From: Octopus vulgaris
Lineage: Eukaryota
Assembly: GCA_951406725.2 (NCBI GenBank)
Contig: OX597825.1
Span: forward strand, 67,332,001 to 67,396,000
Length of the DNA stretch: 64,000 bases
Direction: 5' to 3'
Shown here piece by piece: positions 1-13,416 of the stretch (its first letter is position 1; each line of letters begins with the position of its first letter). Under the pieces are notes generated by a model that had not been told where the DNA came from, searched no databases, and was given only the letters and a program-made list of their open reading frames with translations. A program made the position numbers and the translations under genes.

Positions 1-5
1 TATTA

Positions 6-49
<44 letters not shown>

Positions 50-1280
50 GCTCTTATTATGGATGATAATAATAATGATAACAATAATAATATCCGAGAA
101 TTTCAGCTGTTTCTGATCGAACTCTTTAATTATACCTTAACTGTTTGTTAAAAAACAGTTTTCCACTCTTTCATTCAAGAATATTGATAAATTGATAAAT
201 ATTGCCTGATTATTTCGGAATCCATCCTAATTCCTTCAGGTAGAAAATAACTTTCTTTGTATCGTTTTATTTACATGTATACATCTTTGCCTTGAGCCAT
301 TCACAATATTTATTCTTATTTCAAGATGGCGGCCTCAAATGAGATATCGTAGGAAATTGTGTTCAGCACGGTGTTGGTAGCAATAGCCTCAGTTAATGTA
401 AACAAACACGCCACTCAATTATTTTCAAACATGAAAACATACTTAAAATAAACAGACAATGTAAAAATTAAACAGACAGTTAGCTTCAAGCACAAATTCC
501 CATAGTTTCATGACGGAAAATACAAAATGGAATAATGTTCAAAACGTTACGTTCAGTGGAAAAGAAAAAGAGTCCACACTGTATAATTTTAAAAGTAAGC
601 AAGCCATATCACTATTATTGTTTGTTCCGTAGCTGGGAATAAAATAACCGACGAAGGCAGAGATTATTCAACTGAACTGTTACAAAAAGAAATTTATAGT
701 AGGCTGGCAAAAGAATATCAAAATTGTGATTGATCATCTAAATGCAAAAAGTGGCAGGACTATCGAAATTATAGAACATATGAGGCAATACATTGTGGTT
801 ACGAATGCTAATGAAGTTGGTGCTAGAATGATGAATTTCTGTACACCAAACGATAAATAAAATGATATTAAAGCGAAACTTTTTTTTACTATCTCACAAA
901 ACAATGATGCATTCCAAATTAATCAGGCATATTTGTCGATAGTGTAGAATGCGAGGATGGAAATGAGAAAACTTGTTTTATTAATTAAATAATTGATACC
1001 ATCGCGATAATAAAACATTTTCTCAGAACCCATGGATTATTCTCTATTTATATTTAATCAAGTGAAGATTTCCCGAAATATAACCATAAAATAAACTATA
1101 CAGGCTGATACATCACCCTTCCTTTGTCTCCATATATTAATATTACTTTACATATTTTGTCTAAATTTTCATTTGCATTGCTTAAACCCCTTATTTTGTA
1201 ATGTTTATATTTGATTTATATTGAATTTATATCAGAGATGCCCACTTTATTGGAAATTAATGCCTAAAACAATAATAATA

Positions 1281-1494
1281 ATTCCTTCTACAATAAGCAC
1301 AAAACCTGAAATTTTTCTGGTAGGAGGTTAGACGATTAAAGTGGCCCCAGTGCACAGCAGGTTCTTATTTTATCGACTGGGAAACGATGGAAAGCGAAAC
1401 TGATCTCGGCGGAATTCGAACTCAGAACGTATAGACGGGCGCAATGCTGCTGAGCATTTTGCCCGGCGTGCAAAGGATTCTGCCAGCCACTGCC
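1281..1494 (-). mobile_element. tRNA-derived SINE, family B (head GGCRGYGRGCTGGCAGAATC..., (ATT)n tail)
   Basis: Near-identical copies at 1600-1885, 9180-9602, 15885-16043 and 43180-43393; B-box-like GAGTTCRAATTCC. Confidence 0.8.
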
Positions 1495-1539
<45 letters not shown>

Positions 1540-1599
1540 GTTACAACAACAAAAACAAGAACAACAACAATAAATTATAATAATATTTTGGTATAAAAG

Positions 1600-1885
1600 A
1601 TGGGGGCGATGAATTAAGTACCAGTTACGCACTGGCGTCGATGTAATCGACTTAGTCCCTTTGTTTGTCCTTGTTTGTCCAATCTATGTTTAGCCCTTTG
1701 TGGGTAGTAAAGAAATAGGTATTTTGTCTGCCGCTACGTTCTGAGATCAAATTCCGCAGAGTTCGACTTTGCCTTTCATCTTTTCAGGGTCGATAAGTTA
1801 AGTACCAGTTGAGTACTGGAGTCGATGTAATCGACTTGCCCCTTCCCCAAAAATTTCAGGCCTTATGCCTATAGTAGAAAGGATT
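1600..1885 (+). mobile_element. SINE family B, 5'-truncated, with an internally duplicated 3' part
   Basis: Matches the other copies (GTCGACTTTGCCTTTCATC...GGGTCGAT...AAGTACCAGTT); ends in an (ATT/CTT)n tail. Confidence 0.75.
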
Positions 1886-1922
1886 ATTATTACTATTCTT
1901 CTTCTTCTTCTTCTTCTTCTTC

Positions 1923-2052
<130 letters not shown>

Positions 2053-2053
2053 A

Positions 2054-2513
2054 CGGCTGAGTAAAAAGTAAGCAAATAGTCCACATAACCTTCTTTTTGA
2101 AGAGCTTGGGTTTAGGGAAAGTTTTCTGTGCTTACTTTTAATCCAACCACTGCGAAGAACCTATTATATTATCGCACAAAATCCACTTTCCATTGCAAGT
2201 TACAATACGGCCGAGAAATGGATCGGTCTGGTTACGGAGAAGAAGCGACACGCAAATTTCATATCTGCACATTTTCTGATTTTCATTCAAATCGTGTGGT
2301 ATCCATTTGTGGAGCATTTTTGATTTTCCGATCGCATGTAAATGGTTGCTGGCAGTTTTCTGGCTAACTTCAAGTTTTTTTTTGCCAGTTCTCGAGTGGG
2401 TTTACTTGGATCTATCTGAACGACTGTTTTTAATTGACCGTCAGCGATGGCAAGTAGGACGTCCACTACGCTTGCGATCTTCCATTTTCGAGCTGCTTAC
2501 TATCTACTCAACC

Positions 2514-2514
<1 letters not shown>
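2054..2514 (-). mobile_element. Mariner deletion derivative with ~21-bp TIRs and a decayed transposase fragment
   Basis: TIRs CGGCTGAGTAAAAAGTAAGCA / TGCTTACTATCTACTCAACCG. Minus strand reads EDRKRSGRP..TRELAKK..HLHAIGK..KWIPHDLNENQK..FLGRIVTCNGKWILCDN (mariner WVPHEL motif) with a frameshift and stops. Sits within (TAG)n. Confidence 0.85.
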
Positions 2515-2570
<56 letters not shown>

Positions 2571-2756
2571 CAGTATGCTGACAACAAATACGAGGGGAGG
2601 CAGACTGTCTCCTTGAAAGATTCCTCTTTTAATATTTACCTCTCCAAGTTTATCTCCCCATGCTGTGAGTTAGGTTCGCCACGTTATCATTGAGTTTTGT
2701 ATTATTATTATTATTGTTGTTGTTGTTGTTGTTGTTGTTGTTATTATTATTATCAT

Positions 2757-3280
2757 TGAGTGAGAGAGCAGGACATGCCATCAAAGTGACACTGGTGTAA
2801 AATATAAGAAGCCCAATATACCCATCATGACTACCTGTCACCAGGCACATGCATCACAACTATATGTGCGCGACAAGTTCATCTCATAACCTTGCAGGTG
2901 GGGTCCAGTTAGAATTTTCTTCAGATCGAGTAGCCCACCACTAAAAAGGTCCCTGAATAAGGGTTGTTTAATGATGTTGAACGAAACACCCATGTTTCCC
3001 GAGGGGAATTATCCAAATTCTAAAGAATTGCTCTTAACACATTGCTATGATGCTTCCCCACTACTTCTGCTCGTGATCAGAGATGCACATATCGTCAGCC
3101 ACCAAGGGACATGCTCAACTGGTTAAAGTCATGCAGCTGACAAGCAAATCTGTGGTATTGAGCAGAATATTTGCTGTAGCCCATCTTTTATACCAAGACA
3201 AAACAATGTAAATGATAACACTTCCCATCAGTTAAGAACAGAAGCCATGAGAGCCAATCTCTGGTACTGCATCAGGGCTA
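2757..3280 (+). mobile_element. ~530-bp non-coding interspersed repeat embedded in (ATT/ATC)n
   Basis: Second copy in opposite orientation at 21925-22478; both copies are flanked on both sides by ATT-type triplet tracts. Confidence 0.8.
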
Positions 3281-3315
3281 TCATCATCATCATCATCATC
3301 ATCATCATTATCATT

Positions 3316-3396
<81 letters not shown>

Positions 3397-3769
3397 GACC
3401 TAAAAATTTTACGAAGAGCTCTTAGTCAATACTATCGACTGTAGTACATGACTAACACCTTATTTCATCAACCTGCATGGGTATGACGCCCGGGTTAAGT
3501 GAAAACGATTTTTTTTCTAATTTGTTACGGGGGAAAATATTAAGAAAAACATAGCAAGACAAAACAAAGGCGGCACTTTAATCAAACACAAAGCTATTCA
3601 TAAATATACTTACATAATTCCAGATAAAACATTTATCAATCAATATATTATAATTCGATAAATTCATAACCGTAAAATATCACTGATAGTTGTTAGAATT
3701 TATCGCGGTATAAATATTGAAAGTAGCCTTCAGTTAGTTATAGGGACAGTTCATTTAAAATTGAAGGTT

Positions 3770-4750
3770 AAAAAAACGAAAGTATCAACGGTTTAGGTAC
3801 AGAAAAATTGAAGAAGGATATAATGAATGATAAATTTGTAACAGAATGAGGAAATGAGTTTGTGTTGCTTGAAGCTTTTGATAAATTTGAAGACTCCAAT
3901 AGTGTTTGGAAGAACGCAAAGAAAATATACTCCAATCTCACCAAGGATATTCTGAACAGAAGAAAGTTGAAAGATGGAAATAGATTTCGGGGATCGAAAT
4001 TTTGGAAAGTTATTGAGGAGCAAAAGGAAGAAGCCCAGATTCTTAGAAGCTGGAGAAGGATTAAAATGGACCTTAAAGTAAAAATAATCTCAAGAAAGGT
4101 TGAAAACCTGCTTAAGGAAGGATAAAATAAGTTTTCTGAATTGAAAGCTGGTAATGTAGATAAATTTAGCTGATGCAGCTTATACAATGAATAAGACAGA
4201 AAATCTTATGAGATATGTTATTGAGATTAAAAACAAGGAAACTAATATCTTCTATAAGCATCTAAAGAGTATTTTATTACAGGCATGAAATGGATATTTA
4301 ATGAGAGAAACGCTCTAAACTACAAGAGGAACTGGAAGTAAATGTACATGAAATACCTCTTGACGAAATAACTAGAAGCAGTGAGCAATTAAAGAATGAA
4401 TAGACTCCTAGATTAGATAGAACCTTTATGAAAAGAGATAGGCCTTTATAGAAACTGAATATAATGAGATATCTGACAAGACAAATCGAGAAATATGAAT
4501 GCTTATTAATTTATGATAATTGAATAGACTGGTAATATATATGTATGCAGAAATAAAATTGAATACAACACTAGTAAAAAATATTTAATGAGACGTCACA
4601 GATAACCAAAATAAAAGGATTTTTATCTATTGTTTTTAGAGAAAAAATTGTTTTTATATGTTCCTATCATCGAGGAAAATTTCCCTTTAAGAGTCCATGC
4701 TGTGTCCCCAAAAAGTAAAACCGAAAATGTTCGCAGAAAAGAACTACAGC
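3770..4750 (+). pseudogene. Highly decayed LINE ORF2-like remnant (uncertain)
   Basis: Lys/Glu-rich broken frames; EIPLDEITRSSEQLKNE*TPRLD near 4350-4420 resembles the pre-RT motif LKxxKxPGxD. Confidence 0.3.
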
Positions 4751-5114
4751 GCTAGTTTACCTAAAACGTGCACAAACTAAGAGAAAACACAATCATTTTA
4801 ACTCAGCCAAATAGACGTTTTATCATCAGCTATATTAACAACAAAAGCAGCATTAATATGCGTGTACATATGGTTTCGAGGGCAGACAATAACAACAAAA
4901 AGATAGGCATTTGTTAATACTTTGTCTAAAGGAAAACTCTTGATATGAAGCACTTTCCAAAGTGATCGAACAGTTGGAACCATTTTGTGCATCGAACTGG
5001 GCTAGTTTTTTAGAAATAATTACAGAGACCTGTGAGATCAAGATTCTCTATAATTTGTTCAGGAAAGCAGGAGAAAATGACGTATCGCTGTTTCCTTCAA
5101 GAAACAATCAGATA

Positions 5115-5280
5115 GGCGCAGGTGTGGCTGTGTGGTAAGTAGCTTGTTTACCAACCACATGGTTCCGGGTTCGAGTGTCACTGTGTGGCACCTTGGGCAA
5201 GTATCTTCTACTATAGCCTCGGGCCGACCAAAGCCTTGTGAGTGAATTTGGTAGGCGGAAACTGAAAGAAGCCCGTCATA

Positions 5281-5348
<68 letters not shown>

Positions 5349-5525
5349 CGTGTGTAAATGTTTGTGTATGTTTGTTCCCCAACATCGCTTGACAACCGAT
5401 AGTATAAGTACTAGGCTTACAAAGAATAAGTCCTGGGGTCGATTTGTTCGATTAAAGGCGGTGCTCCAGCATGGCCGCAGTCAAATGACTGAAACTAGTA
5501 GAAGAGTAAAAAGAGTAAAGAGTAG
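5115..5525 (+). mobile_element. tRNA-derived SINE, family A (GGCGCAGGxGTGGCTGTGTGGTAAG head, internal TA/TG microsatellite, AAAGAGT tail)
   Basis: A-box TGGCTGTGTGG and B-box GGTTCGAGT; many copies (7255-7500, 8150-8345, 8630-8875, 13140-13416, 13934-14210, 24262-24576, 27250-27365, 40049-40430). Confidence 0.85.
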
Positions 5526-7894
5526 TTCTTATCCAATGTAAACATGAATTATATACACCTCTGAAAGATATTCCATGTTAAACGTCCTTCCTTTGTAAAA
5601 CGAGGACATATGGAACGACAAAGACCCAAATACGCCGTACACCTGCCCATGTGGTGATTTAGCAATATTCAGGAAGGAGCAATACAAGTGTAAAGTATGT
5701 GGGAGACGGCTTTGACCGCTAATTAATATTTATCTTCGTGGCATAATATGAGCAGTGACAAGCAGACTTAGTGATATGCGGCCGAATGGTATAGCCTTGG
5801 ACATACAAGTTATCCATAGACATGGCCATACTTAGACTTGAACATACAAGACCACAAAATAATACCTAAACTATGTCCTGTAGAGGATGCTACGCAGAAG
5901 TCATTAAATCTCAGCGTTCAAGGAAGATAACACTGCAGTTACATATGTACAACTATGGCCCGTTTGAAAGTTTTCTGTATTACAGATGCGAAATCTTAGA
6001 AACAGCTGTAGGCATTTCACCTCCCTGTCTTCAACATAAACCATAAACCAGAACACTTGTTTTATTTATTTATTTATTATCTTGTTTACATTCTATCTAG
6101 TGCCAGTAGCAGTATTCAAAACAAGGGAAAATAACATTGATATCCTGGTCTAGATAAATAAAAAAGGAAACCAAACAAGACAGCATGGTAGGCTAACATT
6201 TTTACCTGGTATAGTAGGCTCATTTCTGCGAATAAAGTGAAACGTGATAAAAACATTACGCATTTGCGGCTGATAACACAAATGCTCAGATTATAAACCA
6301 GCCGTGTTATAAACTGTAATACATCAATTTTTCATATGATGCTATTTAAGGTAACAATCACCGTATTATTCCTATTACTGCATGTTATAGAAAAAGGGAG
6401 ACACTTAATCATTACTGCGGGAATAATTCAAGCAGTTTGTATGCAAATGGCGGAACATAGAACGTGTAAAAATTTTCAAGCTTAAACTAAATTTATTTGA
6501 AGCATGAAAATGCTGTAAAGCGACCGAAAAACAAACCTACTCCCACAGCAACCCAAGTATTATATATCACACTACACTATATTGCAGAATTCTACTACAC
6601 TTTGGTGTTACAGTAGATTGCATTTCATTTCAAACACACTTCATTAAGTAATACAGAAGGAGTAGCGATGTGTTTGATCGACCTGCAAGGAACAACAGCT
6701 AAAATTCCCTCAAATAATTCACTCACCTCTTATAATAAAAGCAACGAACACATTTATGTAGATATACATAACCCTAAAAGCATAAAACATTATCAGAGCT
6801 GGAATGCTTTCCACTACATGCCCACTTAGTCTCGGTTGTTCATGGTCCATAAAAACTAGAGAATTTCGTGTTCGAATCTTCGTTCTATCAACTTCATGCA
6901 TTATTTTTAGTTAATACGTCCGGTAAATGCATCAACACTACAGTTCCTTCCTTTTTATCCGGCAAAAACTTGTTCCGATACTATTCTGTGAAAATCAGTC
7001 AATCGGTAACACAGGGTTTACCAAAGCATGTACAGATGGGACATAAAGCTGTAAGCTACCACCGTGTCAATAACCAAGTCATATAATGTATACCACAGCC
7101 GTGTCTGTACCTGATGCATAATGCTGTATCTTACCACTGTGTCTATAGCCGATACGTAAAGTTGTACTCCAACCGTCTCTATAGCCGATATGATAAAAGA
7201 ATAAAACTATCTTCAGGTTATATAAACTGTAAGCACGAGAGCTGAGAATAATATTCTTTTACTTGTTTCTGTAATTTCACTGCAGCCATGCTGGAGCAGT
7301 GCCTTAGAGGTTATTTTTTTAGTCGAAGAAAATGACCCAAGGACATACTCTTTATGAACCTAATACTTATTCTATTGGCCCTTTTGCCGAACTGCTAAGT
7401 TACGAGGACGTAAGCACACCAGCACCAGTTGCCAAACGAGAGACTCAGAGACACAAAGTCACAATCACACATAGATATATACATATAGAGAGAGGCACAC
7501 ACAAAGACACACACATATACATATATGCGTATATATATATATATATATTGCTAGAGCTATTTCAGCCACAGGTCATTTCCCCAACTTTAGTCGAACACAT
7601 AAGACAACTATTATGCTTCCTTCCCACAAAAAAACCACACGTGGATTCTGTTGAGACTAGTAAGAAACAATTATGAACTCTTTTATTACACTTAACTTTT
7701 TTAATATTTTTGATAAGGTTCGTTTTTTCAAGAAGAACCGAAACATATAAGATCTCTAAGAAAATTAAAATTTATCTTATATAGTGAAGTTTTCAAACTT
7801 CTTTTTTATAAATATATACCCACTCGTATACATATATATATATATATATGCATGTATATATATATATGTGTGAGTGTGTGTATGTATGTATATA

Positions 7895-8008
7895 GAGGCG
7901 CAATAGCCCAGTTGTTAGGGCAGCAGACTCGCGGTTGTAGGATCACGGTTTCGACTCCCAGGCCGAGCGTTGTGAGTGTTTATTGAGCGAAAACACCTGA
8001 AGCTCCAA
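7895..8008 (+). mobile_element. tRNA-derived SINE family C, 5' part only
   Basis: Head GAGGCGCAATAGCCCAGTTGTTAGGGCAGC matches the full copies at 47174-47466 and 60184-60497. Confidence 0.75.
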
Positions 8009-8348
8009 AACGAATGAACAAAAAAAAAGTGTTTTTGTATAAGTCTAGCCATAGATCAATTTCTGGTTTAGTGATGTAATACCGCTTTACTCTCCTCAAT
8101 AAGGCATTATTATTCAATGCAAAAATTTGTGTTTATTCGTTTGCTCTTTCACTTTTTTCTGTCATTTGACTTTGACCATGCTAGAGATCTGCCGTTTAGT
8201 CGAAGAAATTGACTGCTGGACTTATTCCGTGTAAGCCTGGTGCTTATACCATCGGTCACTTCTGCTGAACCGCTAAGTTACGGGGACGTAAACACATCAA
8301 CGTCGGTTGTCTAGCGATAGTAGTGTGGAACAAACGCAAACATAAAGA

Positions 8349-8532
8349 TATTTTCGGCTTGTTTTTCAACAAGTTTTATTCAACAAAAGCAATAAGAATA
8401 TTTAACAAAAATTTCTTTAAATGATGGTGAATATGCTCCGGAATAATCATTTAAATATGCTTTTTTACATGTTGTTATTGTTTTTGTTGCATAAAATTTC
8501 TTGAAAAAAAAACACAATAATTATGCACCAAC

Positions 8533-8538
<6 letters not shown>
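8349..8538. mobile_element. Mariner-type MITE, palindromic, one TIR intact
   Basis: Right end reads TATTGGGTTGGTGCATAATTATTG on the minus strand (mariner-like TIR) next to TA; arms TTTTTCAACAAGTTTTATTCAACAAAAGCAATAA / TTATTGTTTTTGTTGCATAAAATTTCTTGAAAAA are complementary. Confidence 0.6.
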
Positions 8539-8564
<26 letters not shown>

Positions 8565-8569
8565 ACGGG

Positions 8570-8629
<60 letters not shown>

Positions 8630-9179
8630 CGACGGGTCTATTTCAGTTTCCGTCATCAGACTACGGCCATGCTGGAGCACAACCTTGAATAATTTTACAC
8701 GAACGAATTGACCTCGGTACATTGGCGAGCTGGCAGAATCGACTTAATCCACTCGCAAGGCTTTGGCGAGCCCGAGGCTATAGTAGAAGACACCTACTCA
8801 AGGGACTACGTTGCGGGTCTGAACACGAAACCATGTGGTAGGGAAGCAAGGTTCGTACCACACAGCCACGCCTATATAAACATTTAAAAAATAAACAATT
8901 TAGCAAGGATTGGACAAGTTTATTAAATTAATTAGATTACATGGAAATAAGAGTTATCAAAATTCACCAATGAAAATCCGAAAAGTTTTGACTCAGCCTG
9001 GTATAAAAATGTGTGTCTGTCTGTGTCTGTGTCTCTTTGTGACGTTGTGTGTGCGTGTCGTTGTGTCTGCGCTTGAACCGCGCCACTGTTGATAACCAGC
9101 ATTGGTGCGTTTAGTTCCCGTAATCTAGCAGTCCAGCCTAAGGGACCCACAGAATAAGTTCCAGGCTTAAAATAAATAA

Positions 9180-9602
9180 AGTATCTATTTCTTTACTACC
9201 CACAAGGGGCTAAACACGGAGGGGGTCAAACAAGGACAGACAAACGGATTAAGTCGGTTATATCGACCCCAGTGCGTGACTGGTAACTTCTTTAATCGAC
9301 CCCGAAAGGATGAAAGGCAAAGTCGACCTCGGCGGAATTTGAACTCAGAACGTAGCGGCAGATAAAATACCTATTTCTTTACTACCCTCCAGGGGCTAAA
9401 CACAGAGAGGAAAAACAAGGACAGACAAACGGATAAAGTCGATTATATCGACCCCCAGTGCGTGACTGGTACTTCTTTAATCGACCCCGAAAGGATGAAA
9501 GGCAAAGTCGACCCCGGCGGAATTTGAACTCAGAACGTAGCGGCAGATGAAATACTGCTAAGCATTTTCACCCGGCGTGCTAACGATTCTGCCAGCTCGC
9601 CA
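9180..9602 (-). mobile_element. SINE family B with a ~190-bp internal tandem duplication
   Basis: Two tandem copies of TATTTCTTTACTACCC...GAACTCAGAACGTAGCGGCAGAT; the head ends at 9602. Confidence 0.8.
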
Positions 9603-9794
9603 AAGTACCGAGGTCAATTCGTTCGTGTAAAATTATTCAAGGTGGTGCTCCAGTATGGCCGTAGTCTGATGACTGAAACAAGTAAAAAAAAAAAAACCAA
9701 AAGACGAGATTCTTTTTGTTTCCATCTACAATTTCGCTCACAAGGTTTTCGTAGGCCTAGATTTAATACAGAAAACACTTGCTCAAGGTGACAC

Positions 9795-9973
9795 TTGCTC
9801 TGGAAGCCATCTACTCGCAATACCAGAGGGCGCACACTCTCCTACCCTGATGTAATCTCCGGGGATACAGGCATCCAGCAACAGGACCTCCGTAATGCTA
9901 TGATGGACCGTGAAGTCTGGCGTAACACAGTAAATTCCATTGTCTCGACCACGGTCGAACAATGATGATGATG
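9795..9973 (+). mobile_element. RTE-clade LINE 3' end inserted into a SINE A copy
   Basis: Translates RNTRGRTLSYPDVISGDTGIQQQDLRNAMMDREVWRNTVNSIVSTTVEQ* followed by a (TGA)n tail; SINE sequence resumes on both sides. Confidence 0.7.
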
Positions 9974-10228
9974 AGTGGGAGTGAACCCGGCACCATACGG
10001 TTCAGAAGGAAACTCTTTACCGTACAAGCACGCCTGTAGTAGAAAAATCTATGAATGGATGGATTTCACTAGATTTATAACTGAATAAACATCAGCAGCA
10101 AGAGGCAGCAGCAAGAAACAGCAGCAACAGGAGTAAGCAGCAGCGGTAATGGAATCTTGTGTTTTGCGCGGTTGTATAGAATGAACATAGGCCGAACCAA
10201 TGTTTTGGATTGTGCATTCTGCGCACCG

Positions 10229-10319
10229 TTGTGTGTGTGTGTGTGTGTATGAGCGCGGGTGTGTGAGCGAGTGTGTGCCTGTGTGTTAGTGTGTGTGATG
10301 TGTGCGTGTGCGTGTGTGT

Positions 10320-10360
<41 letters not shown>

Positions 10361-11187
10361 TGGGTGTGAAGTGTGATTGCGAGCGTGTGTATGAGTGTGT
10401 GTAGTTGTGTATGTGTATGTGTGTATGTGTGTATGTGGGTGTGCGTGCGTGAGTGCGTGTGAGTGTGTGAATGTTTATTCGTGCGTGTTTGTGTGTGCGT
10501 GTATGTGTGCGTGCATGTGAGTGTGTGCATGTGTGTTTGTGTGTGTTCATTTGTGTGTGTGTGTGTGTGAGTGTGTGTAAGTGAGTGTGAGTGTGTGTGT
10601 ATATGTGTGTGCGTGTGAATGCGAGCATGTGTAGGAGTGTGTGTAGTTGTGTTCGTGTGTGTGCATGTGGATGTGCGTGCGTGAATGTTTGTTCGTGTAT
10701 GTGTGTGTGTGTGTGTGTTCATGCATGTGTATGTTCATGCATGCGTGTGTGTGAGTGCGTGTAAGTGTGTGTATAAGTGTGTGTGCCTGTGTTTGTGTGT
10801 GATGCATGTGCTTGTTCGTTTGTGCGGGGGGGGTACGTGCATGTGTGTGTGAGTGCCTGAATGTGTGTGCTTGTGTTCGTGTGTGTATGTGTGTGTGTGT
10901 ATCCGTGCATGTGTATGAGTGTGTGTGCTTGTATTTGTGTCTGTGTATGTGTATGTGGGTGCATGTGTGTATGTGTACTTGTGCATGTGTGTGTATGCGT
11001 GCAAGTGAGTGCATGTGAGTATGTGCACTTGTATTCATGTTTGTGTGTTCGTGTGTCTACGTGTGTGTGTGTACATGAGAGAGAGAGAGAGTGGGTGATA
11101 GCGAAGATGCATGTTTGTGTTTGTCTGTGTATATATGAGAAAGAAACTCAGTGCGTGTTTGCCTGTTTGTGTCAGTATACTTGTGTA

Positions 11188-11220
<33 letters not shown>

Positions 11221-11502
11221 GTATATATGAGAGAGAGCGGGGACGAGAGAAACTGTGTGTTTGTGAGTATGTGTATAAGAAAAACTGTGTGTGAGTGTGC
11301 GTGCCTTAACCCTGTTTGTGTATATGTACATTTATCTATTTTGTTTGTGCGCGCATTTGTGAGTATGGATGAAGGAGACAGAAAAGAAGTGAGAGAGAGA
11401 GAGAGAGAGAGAAGAAAGGGAGAAAGTAGAGGGGATAAACTGTTTGAATGTGTCTATGATAGAGGGAGAGAGAGAAAGGGAGAGAGACAAATTGCGTTTG
11501 TG

Positions 11503-11534
<32 letters not shown>

Positions 11535-11634
11535 TGTGTGTTTTACCTGTTTGTGTTGATATATACTTCTGTACTTGTGGTACATGTACACGCACGGGTG
11601 TGTGTGTGTATGTATGTGAGTGTATATATATATG

Positions 11635-11710
<76 letters not shown>

Positions 11711-11746
11711 TGTGAGCGTGCTTGTGTGTGTGTGTGTGTGTGTGCT
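10229..11746. repeat. ~1.5-kb degenerate (GT)n/(GA)n compound microsatellite
   Basis: Directly visible; source of the His/Thr and Cys/Val pseudo-ORFs. Confidence 0.95.
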
Positions 11747-12272
11747 AGTTTGTAGTCAGGCATTCATACAATTGTCGAAACCAGCAACCACATCAATCAC
11801 ATACTCTGGCTATTTGATACGAAGTAATAAGATCGAGCGGTGATTTTGGCGCTTTTCTACTTCCATATTTTTTTTGTCATATTGCTGTATATATTTCCTT
11901 TTTTTTGGTTGTTGTTGTTGTTGTTTGACTTTACTTATAATTAACTTTTTTTTATGAATGACGTTCGCTTAAATTCGATTTCTTTACGTAAACATGAACT
12001 CGCCGTGCAAATATAACGTATTTGACTTCAGACTAACAAAATCTTATAACAGCTGTAGTAGTTACATTGTTTCTTTGTACTTTTTCACTTAATCAGACTT
12101 CATGGAAGTGGAGATGACCCAAACACGAATGGAAAAGGCAGAAAAAGAAATTCAAAATATAGAAAAGAAAAAAAAGTTTCACCAGTTGTTCGGAGGATCG
12201 ATGTTCACATACGAGAATAAATAGGAAAAGACATTATTAATCTCTCCGTCCGTTTATCAGTCTCCACCCCCG

Positions 12273-12303
<31 letters not shown>

Positions 12304-12342
12304 AAACACAGACAGACGTGTGTTTGTAAATGTATATATGCA

Positions 12343-12400
<58 letters not shown>

Positions 12401-12489
12401 TAATTACTTGTAGGTTGAATGAAAATACGTTACAAATATCCATTCGAGTTATCGAGTTAGTACTACGTCAATGAATACACAAACCCACG

Positions 12490-12540
<51 letters not shown>

Positions 12541-12541
12541 G

Positions 12542-12581
<40 letters not shown>

Positions 12582-13139
12582 TGTGTGTATAAAAGGATAA
12601 GATCGTTAATTTAAATATCGATCTTATCAAGTGGCAGGATGGGAATAAAAACCTTCAAATGTTGTAATTATTATTAAAATTATAATTTAGGGTATCTAAG
12701 ATATACCGCCACGCTGGAAATAGCAGCCAAAACATGCGTGTGTGTATGTGTGTGTGTGTCAGTGTCTGTGTGTATGTGCGTTTGTGTGGGTGTAAACACA
12801 AACACGCACACACACACATGCAGGTATATATATAATACTTCTACAAGTGTGTTCAACTCACAGAAACTTAGTAGGTTCGAATCGAAGTTTCCGCCTGCAT
12901 AGAGCTTTCATCGAACTGTCTGATGAGGGCGAAGCAGTCCGATACTACGAAATTACTGCCAGCACTATTTTTGTAAAAGTATTATGTGTAGTCCATAAAA
13001 AGTATTCAGTAATCTTTCAAGTTTATGTAAAATTGCTTTTATTTTAACTCCACATAAAAACAAATATACATACATATATATATATGTGTGTATATATGTG
13101 CGGGTCCGTGTGTGTGTCTGTGTGTACGTAAGTTGTTAT

Positions 13140-13416
13140 ATAAGTTACGGGGACGTAAACACACCAGCACCGGGTGTCAAACGATGCTGGAGGCACAAAC
13201 ACAGACACACAAACATATACACACATACATATATATATATATACATAAATACGACGGGCTTCTTTCAGTTTCCCTCTACCAAATCCACTCACAAGTCTTT
13301 GGTCAGCCTGAGGCTATAGCAGAAGACACATGCCCAAGGTGCCACGCAGTGGGACTGAACCCGGAACTATGTGGCTGGTAAGCAAGCTACTTACCACACA
13401 GCCACTCCTACGCCTA
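13140..13416 (-). mobile_element. SINE family A
   Basis: Head intact at 13416; matches 5115-5525. Confidence 0.85.

Noticed and set aside
500-790. Possible MADF/Myb-like remnant
   Set aside because: Only a vague resemblance across broken frames; not supportable.
5115-5190. tRNA genes at SINE heads (also 14350, 47174, 60497)
   Set aside because: A/B boxes are present but run on into repeated SINE bodies; I could not establish a complete cloverleaf.
5600-5715. Zinc-finger-like peptide YTCPCG...YKCKVCGRR
   Set aside because: Very short, bounded by stops, no His ligands or convincing splice sites.
7037-7192. Four degenerate ~40-bp tandem repeats
   Set aside because: Ordinary decayed minisatellite with no further structure.
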